DNA of 64,000 nucleotides, taken from Bacteriovoracaceae bacterium (GTDB taxonomy: Bacteria; Bdellovibrionota; Bacteriovoracia; Bacteriovoracales; Bacteriovoracaceae). The notes under the pieces are model-generated. The model was not told the origin of the DNA, made no database searches, and worked only from the letters and a program-made list of their open reading frames with translations. Of the stretch, positions 50,112 through 60,829 are shown in pieces. Made by a program: the position numbers and the translations under genes. Positions within the stretch are counted from its first letter, which is position 1, and the number at the start of each line of letters is the position of its first letter. The stretch covers positions 1 to 64,000 of the forward strand of contig JABIHA010000036.1 in assembly GCA_018649885.1 (NCBI GenBank), read 5' to 3'.

Positions 50112-51347
50112 CTAAAATATAAATAACTCAAATATTGCTTCTCTATCCCAACCGAGAGGAAGAACCAGTACTGGGATTTTTGCTTCAGCAAATGTTCCAA
50201 GTTCTGCTCCGATACCAAATTCAACTTCCTTACCCCACCCTGATCCTCTGTGAAAATGGTCTTGTGCTATAGCTGATCCTCCAAAAATAAAATGAACTGA
50301 GTGATGAAGTTCAACATCAAGCCTTCGCTTTTCTGTTCCGATCTGCTCGAGTCGAGGACGAAAATTTCCAAAAGTAATAGGAGTATCGTTTTCAGCAATA
50401 GGATTATCTTTTTGTCTTACAATTCCTACTGAGCCAACACCTAGTGACAATCCTACACCCAACCCCACACTTACAGATGCGTATTTCTTTAAGTTAACTC
50501 TACATTTCTCACCAAGAACTTCAGCACTGAAGCCAACGGGAATAATGCCCATGATTGGAAGAACACTCATGAGAGCAACGTTTGAAACAGAGGCCCTTAC
50601 ACCAACTGTATTGCAAACTGTATTGAAGTCATCAATACTTAAAAGATATCTATAAAATGATGAAACAAAGACATATTTTTCAGGGTTGGTATTATTTCTT
50701 GGGATTACAAACCATTTGTCTATATTTTCTTCTGGAGAATTATTGACGCTTGTCTCTCCATAATAGCTAAATAATTCAACTGCATGCTGTTTGAACTTCT
50801 TTAAATTTCCTTTAGCTTTTCGTGGTGTAGAGTGGATAGTTTTACGACATGTACTTAGAAGCTCTAATAGGTCGTTATAAGATTCTTTTTTTAAGCGTGT
50901 TTGATATAAAAAGAGTCCTGCAATATTTGCGACTATGTCCTTTTCCTCTTCAGTAGTAGACCTTAACGCGTATTTTGATGAACGAAAAGCTGAGTTAATC
51001 TTTTTCCGCCCAAAGTTTAGTGCGCATTTTAAATTCTTATAAATTAAATCATCGAGATTATATTGTTTTTCCATACATCGATACCATCTTTTTGAAACTT
51101 TTTTCCTTCGTTTGTTTTTGTATAAAAACTTATCACATGCAAATTTTGGTCTTGCGACTTCAGTTATAAATGCACCTGTAGGGCCTTCTAGCTTCCCAAG
51201 AATATTGACTTGTTCAAAGTCCACTTCAGAACTATTACTGACACAGTACTCGCCATCAACAATTGAATATCCTTCAGGGCAGTTAATTTCACCTGCCAAA
51301 GAAGTAAATGCTATAAGCATTAATAAGAAAATGAATACGACTTTCAT
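50112..51347 (-). CDS. Secreted protein: CglF-like motif plus Gly-rich beta domain
   Basis: Signal peptide; SEVDFEQVNILGKLEGP; shares CD.F..WY.CMEK.Y.L with its neighbour. Confidence 0.7.
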   Translation of the reverse strand: MKVVFIFLLMLIAFTSLAGEINCPEGYSIVDGEYCVSNSSEVDFEQVNILGKLEGPTGAFITEVARPKFACDKFLYKNKRRKKVSKRWYRCMEKQYNLDDLIYKNLKCALNFGRKKINSAFRSSKYALRSTTEEEKDIVANIAGLFLYQTRLKKESYNDLLELLSTCRKTIHSTPRKAKGNLKKFKQHAVELFSYYGETSVNNSPEENIDKWFVIPRNNTNPEKYVFVSSFYRYLLSIDDFNTVCNTVGVRASVSNVALMSVLPIMGIIPVGFSAEVLGEKCRVNLKKYASVSVGLGVGLSLGVGSVGIVRQKDNPIAENDTPITFGNFRPRLEQIGTEKRRLDVELHHSVHFIFGGSAIAQDHFHRGSGWGKEVEFGIGAELGTFAEAKIPVLVLPLGWDREAIFELFIF

Positions 51348-51766
51348 GTGAGCTCCAGTTGTTAATTAGTACTCAGAAATTATATTCAAATATACTTATT
51401 GATAGTTGGGACAAATATTGGACGAATGGAAAGCTAAGTATTGAATTTAAGGTATACAAAGGTCTAGAGTCTAGGCTTCTGGCAGGTTATGTTGCCATTT
51501 AAATAAATTTAATTTGCTCTAGGTGAAGAGGTTTAGAGAGCTTCATCACTAGATTTCAGTCTATTAGTGATGCTTAAACTTTGAGCTACCAGGTTTTTCT
51601 ATTATCACTCATAATCTTAGACGTAATTGCAGCTGTGTGGAAATACACTGTGGTATCGGGTGTTTCAAGGGAATGATCAGTTTGAAACGGATTGGGATGG
51701 GATTTCAAAAGATTTCATAAGCCTCCGCCGATAAATTAGTACTTAAATTTTAACAAAACGGGTGAT

Positions 51767-52485
51767 GTGATGAAAATTCTCTTAATGCTAATTGGTGTGT
51801 TTTATTTTTCAGCGAACTCTGCTTCCGCAAGGTCTTTTGACATGGACCGATTCATTTCAAAATGTGATAGCGCTGAATCATTTACTCAAAGCTGTAGTGT
51901 CGACTTAACAAAGCTAAAGGCCGCACTTGATAAAGAAAAACCTGGATCAGGCGATGTAATCCTTAAGGGTAGAATGAAATTCTCAAATTCTCAAGTAAAT
52001 GGGACTGAGGATGTGGTAATGTCTGCTCAAACCTTTGGCAAATTGTCTACTGGAATGAGTAATGAGGGTATGCAAATGACTTCTGCTGAACCCATTTTCG
52101 AAAATGTAAGAGGAGTGAAGTATAGGGAAAGTTTGTTAAGAAACTTAAGTCCTTTTTTGATGACCAAGGTATAGACGGAAAACAAGTAAGAGAAGGAAAA
52201 TTACTTAAAGAGGGAGATTATGCTGGTGTGTGTGCCCTTTCTAGTAATGCGGAAAGTGAAGATTTTGATTCATCTGAATGTGAGTCAGGTGTTCAAAAAA
52301 TGCACGAAAAGTTTTTAGAGCGTAGAGAAAAAATGAAAGGGAAAAGAGAAAAATTCCAGAAAAAAAGAGAAAAGTTTAAAAAGAGAGCTAACTCTGATGA
52401 AGACAATCAAGAGTTAGAAGATTCAGATGCTGAAGTGTCTGAATTTGATGAAGAGCTAGACGAAGATGTTGAAGACGAATTGTAA
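51767..52485 (+). pseudogene. Secreted hypothetical protein split by a frameshift near 52124
   Basis: The frame of the 52228-52485 ORF is open back to 52126 (GKFVKKLKSFFDDQG..) and overlaps the tail of the 51767 ORF. Confidence 0.55.
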
Positions 52486-52506
52486 AACCAAACCAAACAA
52501 AAATTG

Positions 52507-52538
52507 AAAGAGGGGAGCTATATTAGGCTCCCTTTTTT
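52507..52538. terminator. Intrinsic terminator
   Basis: AAAGAGGGGAGC-TATATTAG-GCTCCCTTTTTT. Confidence 0.75.
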
Positions 52539-55500
52539 ATTTGGGATTTTTAAAACTGTAGAGGCAGGGAACTAGAATCAAAGTAATCACAGTGGAAAAT
52601 AGAAGCCCCCAGCCCATTGTCAGCATCATCTCAGCTAACATGGAGTCGTAGCCGGCAATTCCGTAAGCAGTCGGTAAAATGGCAACAATTGTGGTAATGG
52701 TGGTGACGAGCACAGGTCTTAGTCTTGTGGAACAAATACTGGAGATATATTTTGACCAATCTCCCCCCGATTTCCCCTTTTCTAGTTTATCGAGCATTAC
52801 GATTGAGTCATTGATGACAACTCCAATCATTCCCAGCGCTCCAATCACCGCAAAAAACCCGTATATGTTAATACCGTGTAAAATAAAGACAAGGCTGGCG
52901 CTGGCAAGGCCAAAAGGGATAATTGATAGCACAATAAGTGGAGTAGTTAGTGAATTAAACATCACCAGGAGAACAAAGTATATCAGAACGACAATGAGGA
53001 CTAGTGAGCTTTTGAACTCACTTTTCGAGTTTCTTGAATCTTCAATTTCTCCAGAAAAGCTCAATATACTTGAAGGGTAGTCTTTATATATTTGGGGAAA
53101 TAAATTTGTTTCCAAGTTTGATCCAATCTCTAGTGGAGTCAATGTGGGGGATTTAGAGAGATTGGCAAATACTTTTGCAGTTCTTTTAAAATTTAATCTG
53201 CTAATACTTGAAGGACGATTTGTTTCAATAATTGATATGAATTTATTCAATCTCAGTAGTCTTCCCGATTTGTTTTCTACTTTTAAATTCAAAAGGGCCT
53301 TTAGATTTACCTTGGCAGCATCGGGAACAGTTAGACGGACATCAACTTCTTCATCACCTTTATTAATTGTGTAGAGGATACTTCCCTCTACAAAAATTCT
53401 CAAAGCGCGCGCTACTTTTTTGGGGTCAATATTGTAAAGAACTAATTTCTTTTGATTAATTTTAAAGAGGTATTCTTTTTTATCAAGAGGCTTTTCAAGT
53501 TCTACGCCGTCAAGAGAGCTAATACTCTCAAGGTGATTTTTTACCTTCTGTAAAATATCATTTCTTGCAGTGTTATCATTTTCTTGAACTATAATTTCAA
53601 TGGCCGATCTACTTCCTCTTCCAAACCATGATTTAAAAATTTTGATTTTTTTGTATCCAGTGAAGTTTTTGGTTTTCTCCTCCCATCCCTTTATGAGTGT
53701 CTTTAGATCAACCTCTCTTTTGTCAGCGGGTATCAGCTCTACTCTAATCCAACCCTCATTGTCTTTGACTTCTCCACCACGGCGATTTTGGCCAACTCTG
53801 GTTCTCACTGCAACCACTGAGTTAGTTTTGTCCTCTAGAAAGATATTCTCGATTTCTTCGAGCTTTTTAGCGGTATCAATTCTTGAGGGAGAGCCGGAAA
53901 CGATGGCCTTGATAAAAACTTCTTTGGTTTCCTCTCTAGGGAACATTACAAATTTCATATTGCTCTTAAAAAGGTAGCCACAAATTGATAAAAAAGAGAA
54001 AAATGCTAAAAATACAATCCACTTCATGGAAATGGCCTTGCCAAGAAATCTTTCATAGAGATTTTCTACATTTGTAAACCAGTCAGTTTTTTTGATTTGT
54101 TTGTTTTGAATAAATGGCAGGTTTTGGCTCATATGCGAGGGGAGAATAAATATGGATTCAAGAAGACTACCTGCAAGCATTAACACTACCATTAAAGGGA
54201 TATAGGAGACGAATTTTCCAAAATGACCTTCAAAATATAAAAGAGGGATAAATGCCACACAGGTGGTGATCATACTTGCCAAAATAGGGTGTATAACTTC
54301 AAGAGTACCGTCTATTGAAGCCTGGATTGGTGCTTTTCCCTCTTTTTTATGCCTGGTTATATTTTCAGCAATAATAATAGCATCATCAACTACAATTCCC
54401 ATTACGATGATAATTCCAGCAAGGGTCATATTGTTAACAGTATACCCAACCAGGTGAGTGAGGATCAGTGTGAACGCCAAAGAAAAGGGGACTCCCATCG
54501 CCACCCAAAATCCACTTTTAAAATCAAGAAAGATGAATAGGACGATTAGAATGAAAATAAAACCGATCAGACCATTGGAGTAAATAATTGAAAGTCTGTT
54601 GGTAACGTCAAAGGATTCATCATCCATTAAGACAACGCTTAAATCAGAATCTGCATTTGTCTTTCTGAAACGTTCAACAAATTTCATCACAGCTTTTTTT
54701 GCCGAGAGAATATCCGTGGAGACACTCTTTTTAACATTTAAAATGACTGCTTCACGGCCTTGAACCTTGTTTATTCTTGCTGAGCTTCTAAATCCAGATT
54801 TGATGTGAGAAATTTGGGAGAGCGCAATCATAGGACCCGTATAAGTTCCTCTTAAAATAAGTTTGTCCAGCGCCTGGACACTATCAAGCTCATTAATGGC
54901 CGTAATTTTTGACTCGCCTGGATCTTTTAAAGAGCCGATGGGGACACGGATATGGTTGTCATTTATTTGGCCATAGATTTCTGAAATAGAGAGCTCAAGG
55001 GAGCTAAGCTTTTCAGGTAAAAGAAGAATTTGAAGCTCTGGCTCAAGGTAGCCAGATTTACTGATACTACTAATTTCCGGCAGCGAGAGTATCTGATTTT
55101 CAAATGTCAGGGCATATTTTTGTAACTCTGCTCTAGACTCATTATCCAGATATTTGTTCTTCTTATGAATGAGGGCAATGTCAATAATCGCCTTCTCTGT
55201 GGATTTAAATTGGCGGAAGCTTGGAATATCTCTTACTTCAGAAGGAAGGTTTGCACGAAGAGCTGCATCTTTTACATCCTGAATGACTTGTTTTTTGTCT
55301 GGGTAATCAGTGTCTAGGTAAATACGAAGAGAACTGCTCCCAAGTGTTGAGGTGCTGCTAATATCCTCAATTCCAGCAACGCCTTTTAACTCTTCTTCAA
55401 TGGGCCTTGTGACAAAGAGCTCAACATCCTCTGCAGGTGCGCCGGGATAGCTTGTGCTGATTCTAATCCAGTCCATGGTGAAGTCAGGCATTTCTTCTTT

Positions 55501-55602
55501 TCCAACTTTATCCCAACTAAAAAGTGCAATAAGAATCAGTCCAATGAAAATGGAGTTCGATAAAAGGTGTCTGGAAATAAAAAACTTAACTAAAGATTGC
55601 AC
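52537..55602 (-). CDS. RND efflux permease (AcrB/AcrD/AcrF family)
   Basis: 1021 aa; GIVVDDAIIIAENI, GVVINDSI, RLRPVLVT. Confidence 0.92.
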   Translation of the reverse strand: MQSLVKFFISRHLLSNSIFIGLILIALFSWDKVGKEEMPDFTMDWIRISTSYPGAPAEDVELFVTRPIEEELKGVAGIEDISSTSTLGSSSLRIYLDTDYPDKKQVIQDVKDAALRANLPSEVRDIPSFRQFKSTEKAIIDIALIHKKNKYLDNESRAELQKYALTFENQILSLPEISSISKSGYLEPELQILLLPEKLSSLELSISEIYGQINDNHIRVPIGSLKDPGESKITAINELDSVQALDKLILRGTYTGPMIALSQISHIKSGFRSSARINKVQGREAVILNVKKSVSTDILSAKKAVMKFVERFRKTNADSDLSVVLMDDESFDVTNRLSIIYSNGLIGFIFILIVLFIFLDFKSGFWVAMGVPFSLAFTLILTHLVGYTVNNMTLAGIIIVMGIVVDDAIIIAENITRHKKEGKAPIQASIDGTLEVIHPILASMITTCVAFIPLLYFEGHFGKFVSYIPLMVVLMLAGSLLESIFILPSHMSQNLPFIQNKQIKKTDWFTNVENLYERFLGKAISMKWIVFLAFFSFLSICGYLFKSNMKFVMFPREETKEVFIKAIVSGSPSRIDTAKKLEEIENIFLEDKTNSVVAVRTRVGQNRRGGEVKDNEGWIRVELIPADKREVDLKTLIKGWEEKTKNFTGYKKIKIFKSWFGRGSRSAIEIIVQENDNTARNDILQKVKNHLESISSLDGVELEKPLDKKEYLFKINQKKLVLYNIDPKKVARALRIFVEGSILYTINKGDEEVDVRLTVPDAAKVNLKALLNLKVENKSGRLLRLNKFISIIETNRPSSISRLNFKRTAKVFANLSKSPTLTPLEIGSNLETNLFPQIYKDYPSSILSFSGEIEDSRNSKSEFKSSLVLIVVLIYFVLLVMFNSLTTPLIVLSIIPFGLASASLVFILHGINIYGFFAVIGALGMIGVVINDSIVMLDKLEKGKSGGDWSKYISSICSTRLRPVLVTTITTIVAILPTAYGIAGYDSMLAEMMLTMGWGLLFSTVITLILVPCLYSFKNPK

Positions 55603-55752
55603 TTCATGATGTTAGCTAATAAGAATACATAGAAAAAGGTAAATTTTCCTGGAAGAGCGCCGCGGAAAAATGTTCATTGATGATGGACTGACAGTCAGCT
55701 AGCAAAATGATAAAGAAGACGTACTTAAAAAATCTAAATCAGGTAGTAAATA

Positions 55753-56832
55753 ATGAAAGTTTGGCCAATTTTATTTGTTTTATTTTGCTCATGTGCCCAT
55801 GAAGTATCAGTAAAGGTATCAAAGCTGGAAGGGGACGCTATTCAGCCTTTGGTGGTTTTAAAAAATGGCATGATTCACTTGAGTTATTTTAGTGGAGGAA
55901 ATCTCTATTACAAAAACCAAGAAGAAAAAGGAAATTGGAGCAGTCCACTTCGCATCAATTCAGATTTAGGAGATGTGCCAAGGAATGGGGCGATCTCCCA
56001 TCACGCCATGGCCGTTTCCGGTAATGGCACGGTTCATATTTCTTGGATTGATATGAAAAAAGGAAAGTACCTATATACAAAAAAAGATGCCGACCAAAAA
56101 AAGTTCTCTGAAAATTATTCTCCTCTAGAGAGTTATGAAGGAATTGAAGCTTCTCCGCTCTTAGTTGTGGATGCTGAAAACCATCCCCATCTCTACTGGC
56201 ATGGGGGAGATTTAAGTGATGAAGGCAAGCGTAGTGTCTTTCATTTGAGCTCCAAAGATCAGGGTAAGTCTTTTGAATCAAAACCCGTTGAAGTAGGAGC
56301 AAGAGGTAAGGGAGCTTGTGCCTGCTGTGGAGCTTTCGCACATATTGATGGTGATGGCAAAACTCATATTTTATATCGTGCTGCCACTGATTCAAAGAAT
56401 CGAGACATGACTTTGATAAACTCAAAAAGTTTACAAAATGGTTTTAAGGTAAAAAAAATTCACGCCTGGAAGTTAAATGCTTGCCCTGTTTCAACATGTC
56501 ATATTGGGGGAGGGGAAAGCACTCCGCTATCATGGGAAACTGAAGGGGAAATATTTTTTGCACTCTCTGGACAACTTGAAAACGTGATAAAAGTACCTGG
56601 TAAACAACTTGTAAGAAGGAAAAACCCTTGGATCAGTCAATTTGAAAATCATCTTTTAATTCTTTGGGCCGAGGGAAATCATTGGAGTTCTGGGGGATTT
56701 TTACATTGGGTGCTTTATGATATCAATACTAAGAAGTTTGGTAAGTTTGACACTAGTACAAAAAAACTGCCTCAATACGGAAGGGCCTCATCAGTCGCTC
56801 AAAGTAATGGTGAATTTTTGATTTTTAGATGA
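55753..56832 (+). CDS. BNR/Asp-box (sialidase-like) lipoprotein
   Basis: Lipobox-like FCSC; SKDQGKSF; ACACC; WKLNACP. Confidence 0.7.
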   Translation: MKVWPILFVLFCSCAHEVSVKVSKLEGDAIQPLVVLKNGMIHLSYFSGGNLYYKNQEEKGNWSSPLRINSDLGDVPRNGAISHHAMAVSGNGTVHISWIDMKKGKYLYTKKDADQKKFSENYSPLESYEGIEASPLLVVDAENHPHLYWHGGDLSDEGKRSVFHLSSKDQGKSFESKPVEVGARGKGACACCGAFAHIDGDGKTHILYRAATDSKNRDMTLINSKSLQNGFKVKKIHAWKLNACPVSTCHIGGGESTPLSWETEGEIFFALSGQLENVIKVPGKQLVRRKNPWISQFENHLLILWAEGNHWSSGGFLHWVLYDINTKKFGKFDTSTKKLPQYGRASSVAQSNGEFLIFR

Positions 56833-56842
56833 GACTGAAAAA

Positions 56843-56995
56843 ATGAAAAAGATAGCGTTTATTCTCCCCTATATACTTTGCATTGTCCTGATTCAAAAAT
56901 TGGGATTAGTGGCAGGGTATTTTCAAAAGGAATTTCCTCGTTATCAGTATCAAAGAAAAACAAATATGTTCTTTCCTTGGTTTCCCAGATCTTAA
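56843..56995 (+). CDS. Small 50-aa ORF or gene remnant
   Basis: MKKIAFILPYILCIVLIQKLG..YQRKTNMFFPWFPRS fills the intergenic gap; below the ORF-track cutoff. Confidence 0.35.
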   Translation: MKKIAFILPYILCIVLIQKLGLVAGYFQKEFPRYQYQRKTNMFFPWFPRS

Positions 56996-57939
56996 TTGTC
57001 GTAGTTTCTTGAAATATCAATGTGAATGGCATGGGTTAACATATTGAGTGAAATGAGAACAGGAAGTACAGAGAGCATAATCGTGCCCAGGGGCTGAGCA
57101 CTTGAGTTTCTTATGGATTCCGCCCACAATACCCCACCAAAAATAGTACCGAAGACTAAAAGAGGAATGCCTAAAAGCATATAGACGGTGGCCATATTGA
57201 ATTCAAGAATAAAATATTGCAAAAATAATCTTTTCACAAAACGGTGAAGCAATTTTAGTGTAAAGAGATTTAATGAATGAAAGACATTAAGTGATGAGTT
57301 TTGATGTTCATATTTTGCATCCATTGAAAAGTCTCGAACCTTGGCAGTTTGGTAGTTCAATTGGCAAAGCATATCAATTTCAAAAAAATAATCACTGCTT
57401 AATTTATTGAGGTTAAGATCCTTAAGAGCTCTGATGTGGATTGCCGTATAGCCATTAGTCGGGTCCATCACATTCCAGTAGCCAGATGCAAATTTAACCA
57501 AAAATGAAAGTCCACTATTTCCGATGAGCCTCGCTAGCGGCATCTCACTTAGAATCCTTTTTGAGGAGAATCGATTGCCTTTTACATAATCGCATTTTTT
57601 ATTTTCCATCAGTTCAATAATACGTGGCAGGTAGCAGGGAGCCATTTGGCCATCGCCATCCATCTTGATTGTAATCGTGGCACCCTGCTCAAGCGCTTTT
57701 TTATAGCCAGTGGCCATAGCAGCTCCAACACCTCCATTTTTTTGATGAGATATTGTGGTGATTTTAGAATTCGTTTGGGCCAAATCAGAAATTTGCTCTA
57801 GTGAGTTTTCAGGGCAGCAGTCATCAACAACTATGATGTGGTCAATGAACTCTGGTATTGAAGTCACAACGGATCTGATGTGATCTTTCACTTTATAGCA
57901 AGGAATAACAATTGCGGTAGTTGTTTTCATTAGCTTCAA
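56992..57939 (-). CDS. GT2 glycosyltransferase (polyprenol-phosphate sugar synthase-like)
   Basis: VIPCY, VVDD, MDGDGQ, DPTNGY; two C-terminal TM helices. Confidence 0.9.
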   Translation of the reverse strand: MKLMKTTTAIVIPCYKVKDHIRSVVTSIPEFIDHIIVVDDCCPENSLEQISDLAQTNSKITTISHQKNGGVGAAMATGYKKALEQGATITIKMDGDGQMAPCYLPRIIELMENKKCDYVKGNRFSSKRILSEMPLARLIGNSGLSFLVKFASGYWNVMDPTNGYTAIHIRALKDLNLNKLSSDYFFEIDMLCQLNYQTAKVRDFSMDAKYEHQNSSLNVFHSLNLFTLKLLHRFVKRLFLQYFILEFNMATVYMLLGIPLLVFGTIFGGVLWAESIRNSSAQPLGTIMLSVLPVLISLNMLTHAIHIDISRNYDN

Positions 57940-58037
57940 AATTTAACAAAAAAGCTAGCAGGATGGCAATACCACTGTGTGGACGCCTCAGTGGGTCATT
58001 GTCACCTTTGGCCCCTAACTGCTAGTCTAAACTAGAT

Positions 58038-58901
58038 ATGGAAGTAATAATTGGTAGTGGTAATTTAAAAGTTGCCTTTAATAAGAAGGGAGTTGCTGAT
58101 AGGCTCAAAGGCTATCAGGCTCCCCCTAGTGAAGAAGTCCAGGAATTCTATCAGAATTTTTATGCAAGCTCTGAAGGACAGCTCTCTCCGCTTGCGAAGA
58201 CCCGAAATATTCAATTTGAAAATATTTTTCAAAAGCTCTCGCCCTACCTGTCTCCTGTAGGAGTTATGGAATTGATTGATATTGGTGCAGGTCGGGGAGA
58301 TTTTGTAAAATTTTTAAAGCAAAAACTCCAAGGAAGGCAAACCAATATCCATGGGGTTGAGCCGGCCTGTGCCCCTGAGGACTCAGGTGTTAAAAAATTA
58401 GCATTAGAACAAGTCTTCAGTGATTCATCACTTCCAAGTAAGTTTGATTTAGTCTTTTTATTGGATGTTTTTGAGCATTTTAATGATCCTCATGAAAAAA
58501 TTAAGGTTTTGGCCCAAATGGTAAAACCTGGAGGACTAATTTGTTTAAAAGTTCCCAATAAAAATGGGCTTCTGTACCTTATTGCCAAGTACGGTTCGAT
58601 TATATCTACTGCTCTTTCAAAAGGCCTTCTCTCTAGAATTTATCAGGTGAATTTTCCTCCTCCACATTTTTACTATTATGATAAAAATTCACTGGAGCAG
58701 GTTATAGCTCCAAATTTTGAAACAGTTGATACTTTTTATCTCTCGGAACTTCCAATAAGAGGGATAGTAAGCAGGGTTTGGGGAGTTTCGCCATTACTCA
58801 AAGCGGTGCTAATCCCCTGTGCTTTTATTTACACTCTTTTGGCCAGGCTCAGTTTTGCTGATGGACTAGTTATAGTTGCGAAAAAAACTACTTCGAAATA
58901 A
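58038..58901 (+). CDS. Class I SAM-dependent methyltransferase
   Basis: IDIGAGRG, DVFEH, KPGG, VPN. Confidence 0.88.
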   Translation: MEVIIGSGNLKVAFNKKGVADRLKGYQAPPSEEVQEFYQNFYASSEGQLSPLAKTRNIQFENIFQKLSPYLSPVGVMELIDIGAGRGDFVKFLKQKLQGRQTNIHGVEPACAPEDSGVKKLALEQVFSDSSLPSKFDLVFLLDVFEHFNDPHEKIKVLAQMVKPGGLICLKVPNKNGLLYLIAKYGSIISTALSKGLLSRIYQVNFPPPHFYYYDKNSLEQVIAPNFETVDTFYLSELPIRGIVSRVWGVSPLLKAVLIPCAFIYTLLARLSFADGLVIVAKKTTSK

Positions 58902-60807
58902 ATGCAATATCTGGATGAGAGGTCTGACCATCTTTTCCAAATATCCTTTTGATAAAACAAGTAAATTCACCCGAATTTTTATTCACGCTAACAAAGTACT
59001 GTGCATAGGGCGGAGAACAATTTCTAGCAGGCAGATAATCGGCTAAAATATCATCCATCCATTTATCAGTTTTGTGAATATAGATATAATCCATTTTCTT
59101 TATTAGTTTTACTACATCTGATCTCTGCTTTTTTTGCATCCAGATATTGTTACTTTTTTCTCCCCAGGACCACTCATGGTAGAGATTAAAGTATTTTCTT
59201 CCTCCGTACCAAGAGTAGAAATTAGTTTTGAGTTTTGCCTCGCCGTCACCTTCTTGATTAATGATAATGGCTTCAGGGGTTTTTCCCTCAGTCTTTGGAA
59301 GTACTGGGTACAAGGTGAGCATTTCAGTGGTCCATATACTGGGGCGATAGATAAGGCCTCTAAAATCGGGATACCAATAAACGATAAGAAGAGCTAGAGC
59401 GAGGAAGGCCTGCAAGGCCATTTTTTCACCTTTTGGAATCACCAAGTTTGTGTAAAGGTAGATTAAGATTTTTGCTATGAAGAAGATTCCGAGTAGCTTA
59501 AATGGCGAATAGGCGATGTGCATATACCTGGGGTGAGAGGCGAGGCCGTGGCCTTCGTGATCGCCAAAGGACATCATATACATCCAGTACAGTGCTAATG
59601 TATGTGTTACTAAATAAAAAACCATAAAAAGGTATTGTTTGTATTCTTTTTTAAATTTCCTTGCGTAGAAGATCGCTGCAATGGAGACCATGACATAGCA
59701 AAACCCAACAAATTTATATTTTTTAAAGTGATAGCTATCAAAAGTTCTAAAAGAGGTTTCTATCATCTTAAAAATTAAATAACCCCTTTCACTTACCCTT
59801 TGAGAGATTAAATCGAAATTTAATGTTTTTTTAAATGAGAAAAGAGCATTTAAATGAGCGGTTCGGTCATGCCAGATAGCATAGAAAATAATAAATGGAG
59901 CCCAAAATAAAATGAGTTTTAAAAAGCAGCTGGCTGGATTTTTTTTGAGATCATCCTTTAGAACCAAGAGTTGAGCAACGACAATGGGAAGGCATATGGG
60001 CATTACAGAGTGTTTGATCATATAGGCAAGACAGTAAGCTGAACCCATGAAAAACCAATGTTTTTTGGTAGACTCTTTATTCATTAATCCAAATAAAATG
60101 ATGATAAGAGCGATAACAGACGCACTGAGTGGAGCTTCTACATAGGCATACATCGGTCTATAAATGTGTTCAGAGTCGATTAAAAAGTAAAAGGAGATGG
60201 CAAATAAGAACCCTTTAGTTGTGAAGGCCCCCCATTTCATAAAACGATCTCGGTAGTCCCATAGTAGCCCTGGGACAAACATTGAAAAGGCCATTGATCT
60301 AAATAGACCATCTTTTATTTGCAGCGGTTGAGTGAAGGCCGAGTCGAGGTAGCTTAAAAGTAGCGGCCACCCTGGTGTATAGTTGGTGAAGGTTCTTTCT
60401 AGAAAAGATTCGTTAGGAAGTATATTGTGAGCCAGGAGTTTTTTGGGAAAATAAAGCCAGTGGCTGAACTCATCCCAACTTGTTTCATAATAGGGATAGG
60501 GAGCGGTTATTCTAAAAGCAATAATTGAAAATAAGCAAAAATATGGTAGTGGATGCTTCAAAAGAAGTTTTAGGTGCTCCCTATCTTTTAAGCACATCGC
60601 CCAGCCCAATATGCTAAAAGCAAATATGATTTGTGCTGAGGTTCTTAATGTTAGGTTAAGAATATGACCAGAGAAAACAGTCATGAAGATAATGAAAAAA
60701 AATCCAAACAATAGTCTTTGCCCAAATTTTTCTTTTTCAAGCAACCAAGGTGAAAAGTAAAATGAGCAACCAATTGCTGAAAGTAAGAGTAAAATCATTG
60801 AAATCAT
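58888..60807 (-). CDS. Polytopic membrane protein, probable GT-C glycosyltransferase
   Basis: WDEFSHW, YTPG, many TM helices. Confidence 0.6.
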   Translation of the reverse strand: MISMILLLLSAIGCSFYFSPWLLEKEKFGQRLLFGFFFIIFMTVFSGHILNLTLRTSAQIIFAFSILGWAMCLKDREHLKLLLKHPLPYFCLFSIIAFRITAPYPYYETSWDEFSHWLYFPKKLLAHNILPNESFLERTFTNYTPGWPLLLSYLDSAFTQPLQIKDGLFRSMAFSMFVPGLLWDYRDRFMKWGAFTTKGFLFAISFYFLIDSEHIYRPMYAYVEAPLSASVIALIIILFGLMNKESTKKHWFFMGSAYCLAYMIKHSVMPICLPIVVAQLLVLKDDLKKNPASCFLKLILFWAPFIIFYAIWHDRTAHLNALFSFKKTLNFDLISQRVSERGYLIFKMIETSFRTFDSYHFKKYKFVGFCYVMVSIAAIFYARKFKKEYKQYLFMVFYLVTHTLALYWMYMMSFGDHEGHGLASHPRYMHIAYSPFKLLGIFFIAKILIYLYTNLVIPKGEKMALQAFLALALLIVYWYPDFRGLIYRPSIWTTEMLTLYPVLPKTEGKTPEAIIINQEGDGEAKLKTNFYSWYGGRKYFNLYHEWSWGEKSNNIWMQKKQRSDVVKLIKKMDYIYIHKTDKWMDDILADYLPARNCSPPYAQYFVSVNKNSGEFTCFIKRIFGKDGQTSHPDIAFISK

Positions 60808-60829
60808 GTGCTACCTCAAAAAAAACTGC

